A DNA stretch of 23,581 nt from Marsupella aquatica. Taxonomy: Eukaryota; Plantae; Marchantiophyta. Of this stretch, positions 1 through 10,553 are shown piece after piece; within the stretch, counting starts at the first letter, position 1; every line of letters starts with the position of its first letter. The notes beneath the pieces were generated by a model. The model saw nothing but the letters and a program-made list of their open reading frames with translations. It was not told the origin of the DNA and made no database searches. The DNA lies in NCBI GenBank assembly GCA_973895155.1, contig OZ316897.1, positions 436,834 through 460,414 on the forward strand, given 5' to 3'. The position numbers were made by a program, and so were the translations under genes.

Positions 1-550
1 GGGGGAATGGGAAAGGGGTTCGGGGAAAGGGGGCCGGGGGAAGGGGAAAGGGGTCCGGGGGCTGGGGAAAGGGGGTCGGGGAAAGGGGTTCGGGGGCAGG
101 GGAAAGGGGGCGCGGGGTTCGGGGAAAGGGGTCCGGGGGAAGGGGAAAGGGGGCCGGGGAAAGGGGTAAGGGGAAAGGGGAAAGGGGGCCGGGGAAGGGG
201 AAAGGGGGAAGGGGGAAGGGGGCTCGGGAAAGGGGGCCGGGGAAAGGGGGGCCGCGACCCAAACCCTAATCCTCCGAGCCCCAGACCCGGACCGCCGAAC
301 CAGAACGCGGACCGCTGAACTCCCCCGGATCGGCTCCCCCGAACCCGAACCTCCCGGACCCCCGAAGCCCCTGGAACCCACCCGAACCTTACCCGAACCT
401 CCCGGACCTTACCCGGCCCAGACCCGGCCCAATCGTCTCCCGAACGTATCCCGACCCGGACTGTTCCCGAACCCGGGTGCCGGGTTGCCGATTTGCCGGT
501 GATTTTTCGTCAGTTTGACGGGCAAGGTCAAACCGGGTAGAAACCTGACA
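1..550. repeat. GC-rich low-complexity block (G-runs 1-250, C-runs 255-480), probably the edge of an LTR or other TE running off the window start
   Basis: Degenerate GGGGAAAGGGG(GC/TT)C units, then CCCGAACC/CCCGGACC units. AAACCCTAA at 261-269. The block ends ...AAACCTGACA at 550 (TG..CA-type terminus; TGTCAGG on the minus strand) with an abrupt switch to AT-rich DNA. The repeat is seen directly; the LTR identity is inferred. Confidence 0.55.
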
Positions 551-1002
551 TCCTCAGTCCTCTATTCTAGAACAATTGTACTAGAAAGTACAACAATTAT
601 GGCTAGTACCAGATTATCCTTTTTTGTTCTCCCATGGGGAATACCAGGATACAATTATTATAATAACAGGGAACTATGCAAACTAAGATGAGGGGGAAAG
701 TAGACAGGAAATTGGCCAAGAGGGAAATAAAAGGGGGAGGGGGAATATAGAGAAAAAATGGCAAAATTTGAGTAAATGGAGAACAATTAAAAAGGTAGAG
801 AAGAAGACCCAATGAGAAATTAAAGAAAAGACAAATACTGATAAAGCACTATGCAAAGATGAGAGGGGGAGTGGGAAAAATTGGTCAACAGGGGCAAAAA
901 AGGGGGAGAGGGGAGATAGAGCAAAAAAGGGACAAATTTTGAAGAAGGGGAGAAGAATTAAAAGGTGTGAAAAAACGGGAAGTGAAAAAAAAACAGAATA
1001 AT

Positions 1003-1100
1003 TTTGTATATTTCTGGACCATATAATAAGTATTAATAAATTTGTATATTTTTGTACCATATTAATACTTATATTTCTGTACCATAATAAGTATTAATAA
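1003..1100. repeat. AT-rich degenerate tandem repeat
   Basis: About three copies of TATATTT(C/T)TG(G/T)ACCAT, interleaved with (AATAAG)TATTAATA motifs. Confidence 0.6.
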
Positions 1101-1149
1101 TTTTAATTTTAATAAAAAATGAGTCATGGAATACTTTCTCTACATAATG

Positions 1150-1619
1150 ATTGACATTTTTTCTTCATGATATCCCTTGCATAAAATCATATTTTATGTA
1201 AATAATGACATTTTTTAACATAACAACATCTTTTTTGCGACGCATATGGAATGAATTTGCCTACATTTTTTTGTGTTTGCTTTACAACTTTGTCTCACCT
1301 TGCCATCTTTGTCTTATTTCAACATTTTTTCCTCCCCTCAACATCTTTTTGTGGCCTTGACATCTTTTTCTCCCTTCAACATCTTTTTCTCACCTCTATA
1401 TCTTTTGGGCAATGCACAGACACTTTTTGTGTTCTTTATCTCACCATAACACCCTCAACATTTTTTCATTGTCTTTGCATCTTTTTTCACCTTGCCATTT
1501 TTTCTCTCCTCGACATCTTTTCATCACTTTGATTTATTTTTCTTACCTCAACATCTTTTTCTCATTGACAATTTCTTTCGCCTTGACATCTTTTGTGCAA
1601 CGCACAGGCATCGGGCTAG
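1150..1619 (+). mobile_element. Non-autonomous Helitron-like element A (3' part; 5' end not located)
   Basis: 3' terminus TGTGC-AAC-GCACA hairpin (1594-1606), then GGCATCGGG-CTAG|T (CTAG 1616-1619). This matches the common plant Helitron end GTGCAACGCACGGG...CTAG|T. The body is made of ~20-bp CAACATCTTTTTCTCACCT-like repeats. The start coordinate is approximate. Confidence 0.7.
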
Positions 1620-1620
1620 T

Positions 1621-2520
1621 ATATTATATATATGTTATATTTCAAACTGCCAAATTAATGCAAGGATGCCCAATCGGGAGACATGATCCCTCAGGCAAAA
1701 GACCCAATCAAGGGGGGACAACCAAAGGACCAAGAAAGGCCAGGAAACAAAGAAAAGAACTACCACGAACCTTAAAAACCAGAACCCCAAGGCCTACCAA
1801 TCGGCAAATTGAAGAGCCTGGTATAGCTCAAGTGTGAACTCCATAGGAGAGTCAAACAAAGGAATCCTACTGCAGGCCTTGAGACCAATCTCCTCACCCC
1901 TATGAAGAATATTGAACGCTTGTGGCAGACATTGGGGCGCAAGAATGTAGGAAAGTAATAGTCAAAGGATGGGTACAATATCGCCCCCAAAGATCTCCAT
2001 AGCAAATGGATAGAAGAGGTCCCCAAGGTACTGCACGACATAGGCCTCCTCCTTAGATTGAGCTGCCCTTGTAGCGGCGTGGCCTGGGACATAAGCGGTA
2101 GAAGCCACATTGGCCCCATTGGTAGGATCAACAACAAGGACATCCCCAAGGGCACAAACTCTAGCACAAGAGAAGACCATATCTACACGATGTCGATTGG
2201 AAACCCCATTCCATGGAGGTAACACATGTCATTGCTGCATCATGACATGGTACCTAGAGTCACAATGGCTGCCACCAAGTCCCAAATGTCATTGTGTGTT
2301 GCAGTCCTCTCACTAACATGACCACACCGGAGTATTTGAACACCCTGCACATCCAGGGGCGCCCCACAGGTGCAGGTGGGCTGACCCAAGAGGCAAGGGT
2401 GAGGGAGACAAAAAAAAAAGGCGTGTAGATGATTGTGGTGAAGATAAAAGAACTCCTACAAAAGAGAACCCATAGTGGACTAGCCAATAGCCATGCCCCC
2501 AAACCAGCAGCTAACCCGGA
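1621..2520 (-). mobile_element. Decayed, 5'-truncated CRE-clade-like non-LTR retrotransposon fragment (zinc knuckle plus restriction-like endonuclease, 3' UTR)
   Basis: Manual minus-strand translation across frameshifts gives GLGAWLLASP ... LPHP ... CTCGAPLDVQGVQILRCGHVSERTATHNDIWD (degenerate CxCG..LD..G.H...C..G.ER...H knuckle) ... RVDMVF ... DVLVVDPT ... AAQSKEEAY ... FYPFAMEIFG (RLE PD-(D/E)xK-type motifs) ... QAFNILHR. A T-rich 3' UTR and TA-rich tail follow near 1621-1640. Boundaries are approximate. Confidence 0.75.
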
Positions 2521-2862
2521 TGTAAATAGAGTAGATTCTTTTGTACTTTGTTGTTACTCAGAGCCTTGATGTCATCAGGTGGCACTTTCAAGTCTATCAT
2601 TTAGAATAAGCAGCAAGATGAGCTCACAGTGAAATACTGTAGCTCTACAAATATGAGCTAATTTCATTCGTCCAGCTAAGTCATATAATGAAAATTAGCT
2701 TGACAAATGAAATCTTGTATTGGCAAGAACATCTTCTGGCAGGCATCAGTGTTTGAGCTAGTGGAAGATAATAAAAAAGAACCGAGAAAAGAAATTAGCA
2801 CGGCCTGATCCATAAAAGCACCCATTGGTAATCACATATCAAAACGTGGCTATATTCGTTGA

Positions 2863-4210
2863 CTAGCTCAATACCCGTGCGTTGCACAAAAGATGTCGTG
2901 TCCTCTAAGATGTCGTTAAGACAAAAAGATGATGTGTCGCCCAAGATGTTGTTAAGAACAAATATGTTGTGTCGCCCAAGATGCCGTTAAGAAAAAAAGA
3001 TGTGGTGTCGCCCAAGATGTCGTTAAGAAAGAAAATGTAGTGTCGCCCAACTGAAGATGTCATGAAGAAAAAAAATGTTGTGTCACCCAATGTGTCATTA
3101 ATGAAGAAAAAGTATATTGTGTCACCCAAGATGTTGTTGAGAAGAAAAATGTTGTGACACCAAAGATGTACTTAAGAAAAATGATATTGTGTCACCCAAG
3201 ATGTTGTGGCACCCAATATGTCCTTAAGAAAAGAAATGCCACGTTGCCCAAGATGTCGTTAAGAGAAAAGTTGTCATTAAGTAAAAAAGACGTTGTTAAG
3301 ACAAAAGTTGCACAAAAGATGGTGTGATGAGAGAAATATGTTGAGGTGAAAATAGATGTTGAGGTGAGAAAAAGAAGTTGAAGTGAGAAAAAGAAGTGGA
3401 GGTGAGAAAAAGATGTCGAGGTGAACAAAGATGTTGATGAGAAAAAGAGATGTTGAGCTAAGAAAAATAAGTAGAGCAAAAACTATGTCAAGGAGAGAAA
3501 AGATGGCGATGTGAGAAAAATATGTGAAGATGAGGAAAAGATGTTGAGGGTGAGGGAAAGATGTTGTGGTGAGATAAAAATGTGAAGTTGAGAAATAGGT
3601 CAGATTTCGAGGTGAAAACAAATGTCAATGACAAAAAGAGATGTTGAGGTGAGACAAAGAAGTCAAGGTGATGTTGAGGAGAGAAAAAACATGGTGAGGT
3701 GAGAAAATGACGTTGAAGAGAGAAAATATGTTGAGGGTGAGGGAAAGATGTTGTGGTGAGAAAAGATGTCAAGTCAGGTGAGAAAATATATCAAGGACCT
3801 AAATGATGTTGAGGGTGAGAAAAAATTGTCATGAGATAATGTCAATGTCAGAAAAAATGGCGAGATGAGAAAAATATGTCAAGGCAAGGTAGAGTTGTTG
3901 TGATGGTGTGCAACAACTCGTGCACTGCACATAGAAATCGGAGGCTGAGATAATAGTCACCGCAACATCGAGTCCAAGCACAACCAAGTGATAGAAAAAT
4001 TATTTAAAATTAATTTTTTTTAGAGAAATTAATATCATATATACATTATTAATACTCAAGTTTTTTCAAACTTTAAAGTTCTTATCCAATTCTTTAAGTC
4101 TCAATTTGAATAATTATTTTTTAATAATATTCAATTTTTTATTTTTTATCTTGGTTGGGTTGAGGTAGGTTATGGGTAGCTTGGGCAGAGGTAATCCAGA
4201 TTAATAGAGA
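2863..4210 (-). mobile_element. Non-autonomous Helitron-like element B
   Basis: Minus-strand 3' end GACATCTTTTGTGCAACGCACGGGTATTGAG-CTAG|T (CTAG 2863-2866), 32/36 identical to the end of element A. The body shares A's ~20-bp repeat (3320-3890). A candidate 5' end A|TCTCTATTAA at 4210 would fit A|T insertion but is less certain. Confidence 0.7.
2890..3305. repeat. ~30-bp minisatellite inside Helitron B
   Basis: About 13 degenerate copies of GTGTC(G/A)CCCAAGATGT(C/T)GTTAAGAAAAAAA(T/G)AT. Confidence 0.8.
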
Positions 4211-5089
4211 TATGGATGGATCCTACATTTACAGAAAAACAAATTTTTACTTAAGACCTAGGATTGTTCCCATTTTTTCTTGAGTTTGTAAGTAATACCA
4301 TATCCATTTTTAGAGGATATGGTATATCACTTATGATACTCTTGCATACAACTGGGTTAGGTACATTTTTGTCTTTTGTTCCCACCATTAGATTCTTTTT
4401 TGTGTGAAAAGTGCATGCAACAAGGTTAGTTACATTTTTTGTTTTTTGTGTACACCAATTGATTACTGTTGGTGTGAAAAGATTTACTGTACTTTTTGGT
4501 TCACACTGTATTTAATTTGCTTTTGGTTTTATCCCTTCTATTTATTGGTTATTTCTTTTCTTGGCACTGTATTTTTGAATGACGACCACTGCATAAAAAG
4601 GCGCAACCTTGTATTATAGTTCTTGATTGAAATAAAAAAACTAGGGTTATCACCGTATGCAAGGGTGTCCAACATAATATATGTCATATTTTGATGTGAA
4701 GTTACTGAGACCCATAAAAGCACCATACCTGACCGTGGGCCCAGATGGAGGGAGTATTAATCTTCAGTGTCGATTTCTGTGCTGTGCAGATTCCGAAGGT
4801 CCTCCCGAAGTCAATGCAACGTCAACCGAACCGACAAGACATTCTTCTCGATCATACCACAAATTAAGGAGCTAGACCAAGGCAAGCATTTCTACAAGCC
4901 ATTTCATAGTCGCTACATTCGACAATCGTAGTTGTGTCAGTCCCGGTGTATGATTGTTAGTAAGTTATGTGTCGAGTTTGCGACCATTGAGTTGGAGCTG
5001 CACGTACATTACCTACCGTGATAGTGGTGAAAAGCTCGATCAATCTGCACAATCAAATGGTTTCTGGTGAGTCGGGAAAACTAGCTAAC

Positions 5090-8000
5090 ATGACAAAAAT
5101 TTATGACATGTTGTTCCAGCTGCTGCTCCTGGCAGGTTTCCTTCTGGCCAATGTGGAAGGCCATGATCAACTACGCCGTATGGGTTTGAAGATAATTAGG
5201 CCGAGCTTCCGAAACTCGGGCAATAGAGGCCATTTCGTGCTGGCTCCAGCTGTTGCCTATCCATGGAGGCATGCAAGTCCGAGAGACAGCTTTCTGATTG
5301 AGGATTGGCAATCTTTCGGTGCGAAGAGTACCGCAATCATGGGCACCAACAGTAGTCAGCAGGCTACCGAAGCAGAGGAAGTTCAGATTCTTTCGACTTT
5401 CAAAGCTGGGCTGACTAGCGATCCTCGCGGCGTTCTGAGTTCATGGCGGTCAAACGATTCAAGCCCGTGTCGCTGGAAAGGAGTCAGATGTGCATCACGA
5501 TCCGGCTCTCTCCACGTCGTTGCAATCCACCTCGGCAGCTCGGGACTGGTAGGAACGATCTCGCCGTCACTGGGTGGTCTCACATTTTTGAAACATTTGG
5601 ATTTGTCGAATAATTCATTCGTTGGATCAATTCCTACCTCTTTGATGAACTGCTTACGGTTGTCATATTTGTCTCTCGACGAAAACGGGCTTGGTGGAGA
5701 TATTCCTTCTCAATTAGGAAACTTAATCCGCATCCGAACCCTGAAGCTTTCGAGCAACTTTCTCAAGGGTGTGATTCCTGTCTCAATAGTAAATTGTTCG
5801 TCGTTGTTTCATCTCGGTCTAGGACACAACAATCTTACAGGGGAGATCCCTCTCGAGTTGGGTCGAGCAGTTCATCTGCAGGTGGTGAGCCTGGAGGACA
5901 ACTCGTTGTCTGGGTCCATTCCGGCGTCGTTGGGCAACTGCACGTCCCTTGTTGAGCTACACTTGGATTCAAATTTTGACTTGGTGGGCAACATTCCTCC
6001 CCAGCTCAAGAGCCTGAGAACATTGCAGCAGCTTACTGTGGCGCAAAACAATCTGGGAGGGACGTTGCCTGCATGGATCGGGAATCTTAGTGCACTCGAC
6101 ACGTTGGACCTGTCTTATAATAGTTTTACGGGCGATATCCCCGATGTCTTTGGGGAGCTGAAGAACTTGGAAATTGTGGACTTCTTGGCAAACAACTTTA
6201 CAGGGAAATTTCCTGTGTCTCTCACCAATTGCTCGTCCTTGGCTGTTATTGTACTGTCTGAGAACCTTCTTAGTGGAGCTCTTCCACCTGAGATGGGACG
6301 ACTGCAGAATCTTGCGTCTCTACTCGCAGCCATTAATATGTTCTCAGCACATCTGCCGTCTTCTCTGTCCAACTGTTCCTCTTTGACGTCGCTGAGTTTT
6401 GGTGAGGCCCTGTTCTCCCCAACCGAGCCCCAAACTGTGCCTTCTTGGTTATCAAGTATGGTTAACTTGACAACAATAGAGCTCTTCGATATGGGTCTAC
6501 AGGGAGGTGTTCCCCCGGAGCTAGCGAAGCTTCCCAACCTATCTTGGCTTGCCCTTTGGGGTAACGATCTCACGGGAAAGATTCCGGCTTCCTTGGGAAA
6601 CTGCACTAATTTGGGCCTGCTATCTCTAGATAACAACGCACTCACTGGCAATATACCTACTGAGCTCGGATTTTTGGTTGAGATATATTTCCTTGCGCTC
6701 TACTCGAACCACCTCACCGGTCCACTTCCAACTTTTATTGCCAATTTCACTCGGTTGCAGTACTTTGAGGTGCATTTCAACAACCTTGAAGGCAGCATCA
6801 AGACCGATTTCGGAGCTCTCACCAATTTGATGAAACTTCGATTGTATGACAATAATTTTACTGGTCCAATCCCATCGTCACTGAGCAACTGTTCAAATCT
6901 TTTATATTTAGAGATAGCATATAATCAATTCGGTGGGCCAATTCCACCTTCTCTAGGCAACATTAGTGGACTAGGGCACTTAGATGTGAGTGGCAACCGT
7001 TTGCAGGGAGGGATTCCAGTCGAACTCTTAGGTTGCACAACTCTGACCTTGCTAGTCCTGTCCGACAATTTGCTAGAGGGTTCCATTTCACAAGAGATCT
7101 TTCAGCTCCACTATCTTCAGACTTTTCAAGCTGCGAACAACCGGCTGTCCGGTGCGATACCGAGTTCTCTTGGCAGCTCTGGAAGCCTGTTAAATCTCGA
7201 CCTTTCTTACAATAGTCTGAGTGGAAGCCTTCCAGCTGAAGCACTTGGTAGCCTCTCCCGTAGCCTCAACAATTTCGTACTGTCTAACAATCTCCTGTCG
7301 GGCCCTTTGCCAGAGCAATTGAGCCTTCTAGAAAATGTTGTGACGCTGGACCTTTCCGTAAACAACTTCTCTGGTAGCATCCCAGCAGACATTTCGCGTT
7401 GCACATCACTAAAAAATTTGGATCTCTCTTTCAACAACTTAACAGGCGGTATTCCTGAAAGTCTAGGTGACCTTCCAGGCTTGAGTTATTTCAACGTTTC
7501 CTACAATCATCTGGAGGGTCCCATTCCCGATCACGGTCCATTTAAGTCAAACATCTCAGCTGCGTCATTTATCGGCAATCCTGGACTATGTGGCAACATA
7601 CTGTCCACAAAATGTCCGCCAGCTCTTCCGGCTGGAAACAACTCTTGCCGCGGCTTTCGTTGTAAGACGGTTTGGATACCCGTTACATGCGTTGCAGCAG
7701 GAATCCTATCGATCGCTGTGGTCACGGTATTTCTTTTCTGGCGGTCAGATCGTATCCGACAGAATGAAAAGCGACTCCGACTCCGAATGACCCGGGATCA
7801 ACGGGTGATGATGTTATCTAATATTGTCAAGTTGAAGGAGAACGACATTCGGGAAATAATCAGCAATGAGGAGAATAAGATTGGAGCCGGTGGAATGAGT
7901 GTTGTGTACAAGGGAATTCTGCCGGGAGGTGAGGTGTTTGCAGTCAAAAGTTTACGTATTGAGCCGGGGGCGAACGACGAGGAGCAGCAAGCAGTGGCAA

Positions 8001-9341
8001 CCGAGCAGCTTCGCGAGGTGCACATGCTTGCTAAGCTGCGGCATCGTAACATTATGAGGGTATATGGATATTTTTCCAGTCCGGACTTGAAAGCAATCAT
8101 TCTGGAATATTTACCCCAGGGAACTTTGGATACACATTTGTATCGGGGTGAAGTGTGCGAGCTGACCTGGGCAAGGAGATTGAACATCGCCGTGGGTGTT
8201 GCGGAGGGGCTCGTCTATCTTCATGAGTACTTCCATGAGCCTATCATTCACCGGGACTTGAAACCGAGCAACATACTGCTTGACAACGATTTCGAGCCTA
8301 AAGTGGGTGATTTTGGGATCTCCAAGTTTGTGAATCCCAGTAGACTTGGTGAGGCAACAGCATCAACTTTTAGCGGAACCACAGGCTACATGCCACCAGG
8401 TATCTATCTGATGACGAATGCCAATTGTGAATTGCTTTATGGAACTTTCTGTCACTTTAGGAGGATTCTTTATCCTTGGTATTATCCACAACCTTGCAAT
8501 CTTAGTTTTCAAAAGCACCTCAAAATCTTAGACAAGAAGAGAGAAATACCTCAAGAAACGGAGATACTCCCATCTTTTGAAAATGAAGACAAATAGGACA
8601 ACTGCAGTGATTGGCTGGAAATATTCAGAGACTTTGGGAGCCCATGTCAGAAGCAAACGTGTGGTCGCCAGAACACTAAGTCACCCAAATAGTAAACAGG
8701 GGACCCTGAGTGAATAGTCGTCAGTTGTTCAAAAGCAGTACTGTTGCAGCAATCACTAAAACTTGTCATATTGGTAATGGTTAACTCACGTACATGATCA
8801 GCCAAAAGTGGGGTTGTCTATCCGTATCTGCTACATTCTAGAGTCAATTCATCAAGTTCATGATCTTGGATTTTTGTACCGACGCAGAATATGCAGAACA
8901 TGACACCGTATCTACGAAAGGAGACGTGTACAGCTATGGAATGACAATGTTAGAGCTCGTGACCAGAAAACGACCCACAGATGTCTATAGCTTCGAAGGA
9001 AGTGCCGATCTTGTGAGCTGATTCGGAAGTTCCAACACCAGCCCTCGGTCTTGCTGGATTCTGCAATTTTACCTGATGAGTCGAGGGCTGATTCCAAGGT
9101 TACACTCGAGCAAATCAATCTGCTGGTGAAAGCGGGGCTGATGTGCACGCAGAGGGCAGCACAAACTCGTCCGCGAATGAGTGATGTCCTGAACATGTTG
9201 AATCAGATCAAACGGACAGGACTAGCTCCAGCCAACTACCAGACAGTGGAAGAATTGGCGAATGAGGCAACGGGCTGGATACCCTACTACAAATCTCGTC
9301 AAATAGCAATCGCAGCCAACGCTGTAAACGTGTATAGGTAG
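5090..9341 (+). CDS. LRR receptor-like Ser/Thr kinase (28 LRRs, RD kinase; LRR-XI/XII-like), 2 exons, frameshifted in exon 2 as sequenced
   Basis: Exon 1 is 5090..8399 (alternative ATGs at 5057 and 5108). It encodes a signal peptide MLFQLLLLAGFLLANVEG, an LRRNT (LSSW..PCRWKGVRC), 28 plant LxxLxLxxNxLxGxIP repeats counted by hand, a GNPGLCG cap, a TM helix (VWIPVTCVAAGILSIAVVTVFLFW) and kinase motifs IGAGGMSVVYKG, AVK, HRDLKPSN, DFG, GTTGYMPP. A GT-AG intron at 8400..8887 sits at the conserved GYxxP^E position. Exon 2 resumes EYAEHDTVSTKGDVYSYG, hits TGA at 9019-9021, and subdomain XI (CTQRAAQTRPRMSDVL) lies in the shifted frame up to the stop at 9341. Confidence 0.92.
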
Positions 9342-10553
9342 TAGTTCTTGAATACCTCAGAAGCACCAACTCCGGCTAAATACCACATTTGAAATTTATA
9401 GTTTTGGTGCTAGAGCTGGACACCGATACATGGGTTTACACTTATCACGACATGCATAACATACTGAACACTCCATGTCAGGCATAGTATGGCATATTTG
9501 TACAAGAAGAAAATTAAGGGGAAAACTGCTGGGAGGGAAGTAACGAGAGAACCATACCACGAAGTAGGGGGAGGCCAGGGAAGGGGAAAGGTAGAGAGAG
9601 AGACGGAAGCGGTCATGGTGTAACTTGCTGTCAAGACTAACACGGCAAATACAACTATCACGCTTTGATGCTGGATTTAGTTAGCGATCCTGTACTCTCC
9701 ACGTTTTCAGAAATTAATTAAAAATTCTTCGAGAGAGGCTTTCCATGACAGACATGGGGAAGATCCCATACATGCACATCTTCTGAACCAGGAATGACGG
9801 TGGGCAAAAATTCAGGTGGGTATATCCTTTTAGTTAGCTGGATTCAAATTGACGGATGAACCTGGCTTGGTTTTTAGCCTAGTACATACTGCAAGCCAGA
9901 TCTAGGCACGGATCCGAACAAGACCGGATGTTGATTTGCGGCTAGGGCAATAGAATAGAATCCTGATGCCACACTATCGGACGGCTATAAATTAAACGGA
10001 GCTATGTTTTTGAAGCATAACTGCTTTACAGGATATGCAAGAGAGATTTGAAGTGAGTCTGTCAATGCAAACAATCTCTACGTACGAGGGCACCTTGCGA
10101 GGATCGGAGACTCTTGAGGTGATGTAAACAAGAGGAGAGTAACATGCCACTCTCTGGTGCAAACTAGTTTCATTTCCACAATTACATGCTTTCTTCATAA
10201 AATCTCTACATCTAGAAAGTGGCAGGATCGAGCGCGCCACTCTGATTGAACTTCTCCAAGCATTCTGGGTCTTCGTAATGTACTTCATCAAGTGCATCCT
10301 GCTTGCAGCTTCTTTTGCAAGTCATCGACCTTCTGGGACCACTTACGTGTAGCCTTGAGCTGTTCCTGAAGGTTGAAAGACGAGAGCTTGTCAGGCTTTA
10401 GAAACGGTACAGCCCTCCCGATCTTTTAGTGGTTGGTACGAGTTACTCCAAGAAAGGCCTCTATTTTCAAACTACAAGAGCAGAAGCCCTTCAAAAGCCG
10501 TTTGAGAATGCAATTGAGAGTACACATGTTAAACAGAGGCTCTGTAGAAAGCA

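Noticed and set aside
7-318. Gly/Arg/Lys-rich 103-aa ORF
   Set aside because: A by-product of the G-rich repeat; no domain signal.
2890-3305. Regularly spaced repeats resembling a CRISPR array (also 19572-19751)
   Set aside because: Head-to-tail minisatellites without unique spacers, no cas genes, and a eukaryotic context.
603-3772. Many Phe/Leu/Ser-rich short ORFs resembling membrane proteins
   Set aside because: Translations of purine/pyrimidine-skewed Helitron repeats and low-complexity DNA.
4640-4667. Possible third Helitron 3' end on the minus strand (CACC..GGTG then CTAGT)
   Set aside because: The stem is only about 4 bp with mismatches, and no associated body was recognised.
4809-4825. 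W-box-like TTGAC motifs upstream of the RLK
   Set aside because: Only one canonical 6-mer, which is expected by chance.
5018-5089. GTG start of the 1192-aa ORF
   Set aside because: A bacterial-style start call. The ATG at 5090 (or 5057/5108) precedes the signal peptide.
8400-8596. C-terminal 65 aa of the 1192-aa ORF
   Set aside because: Read-through into the intron; kinase homology resumes at 8888.
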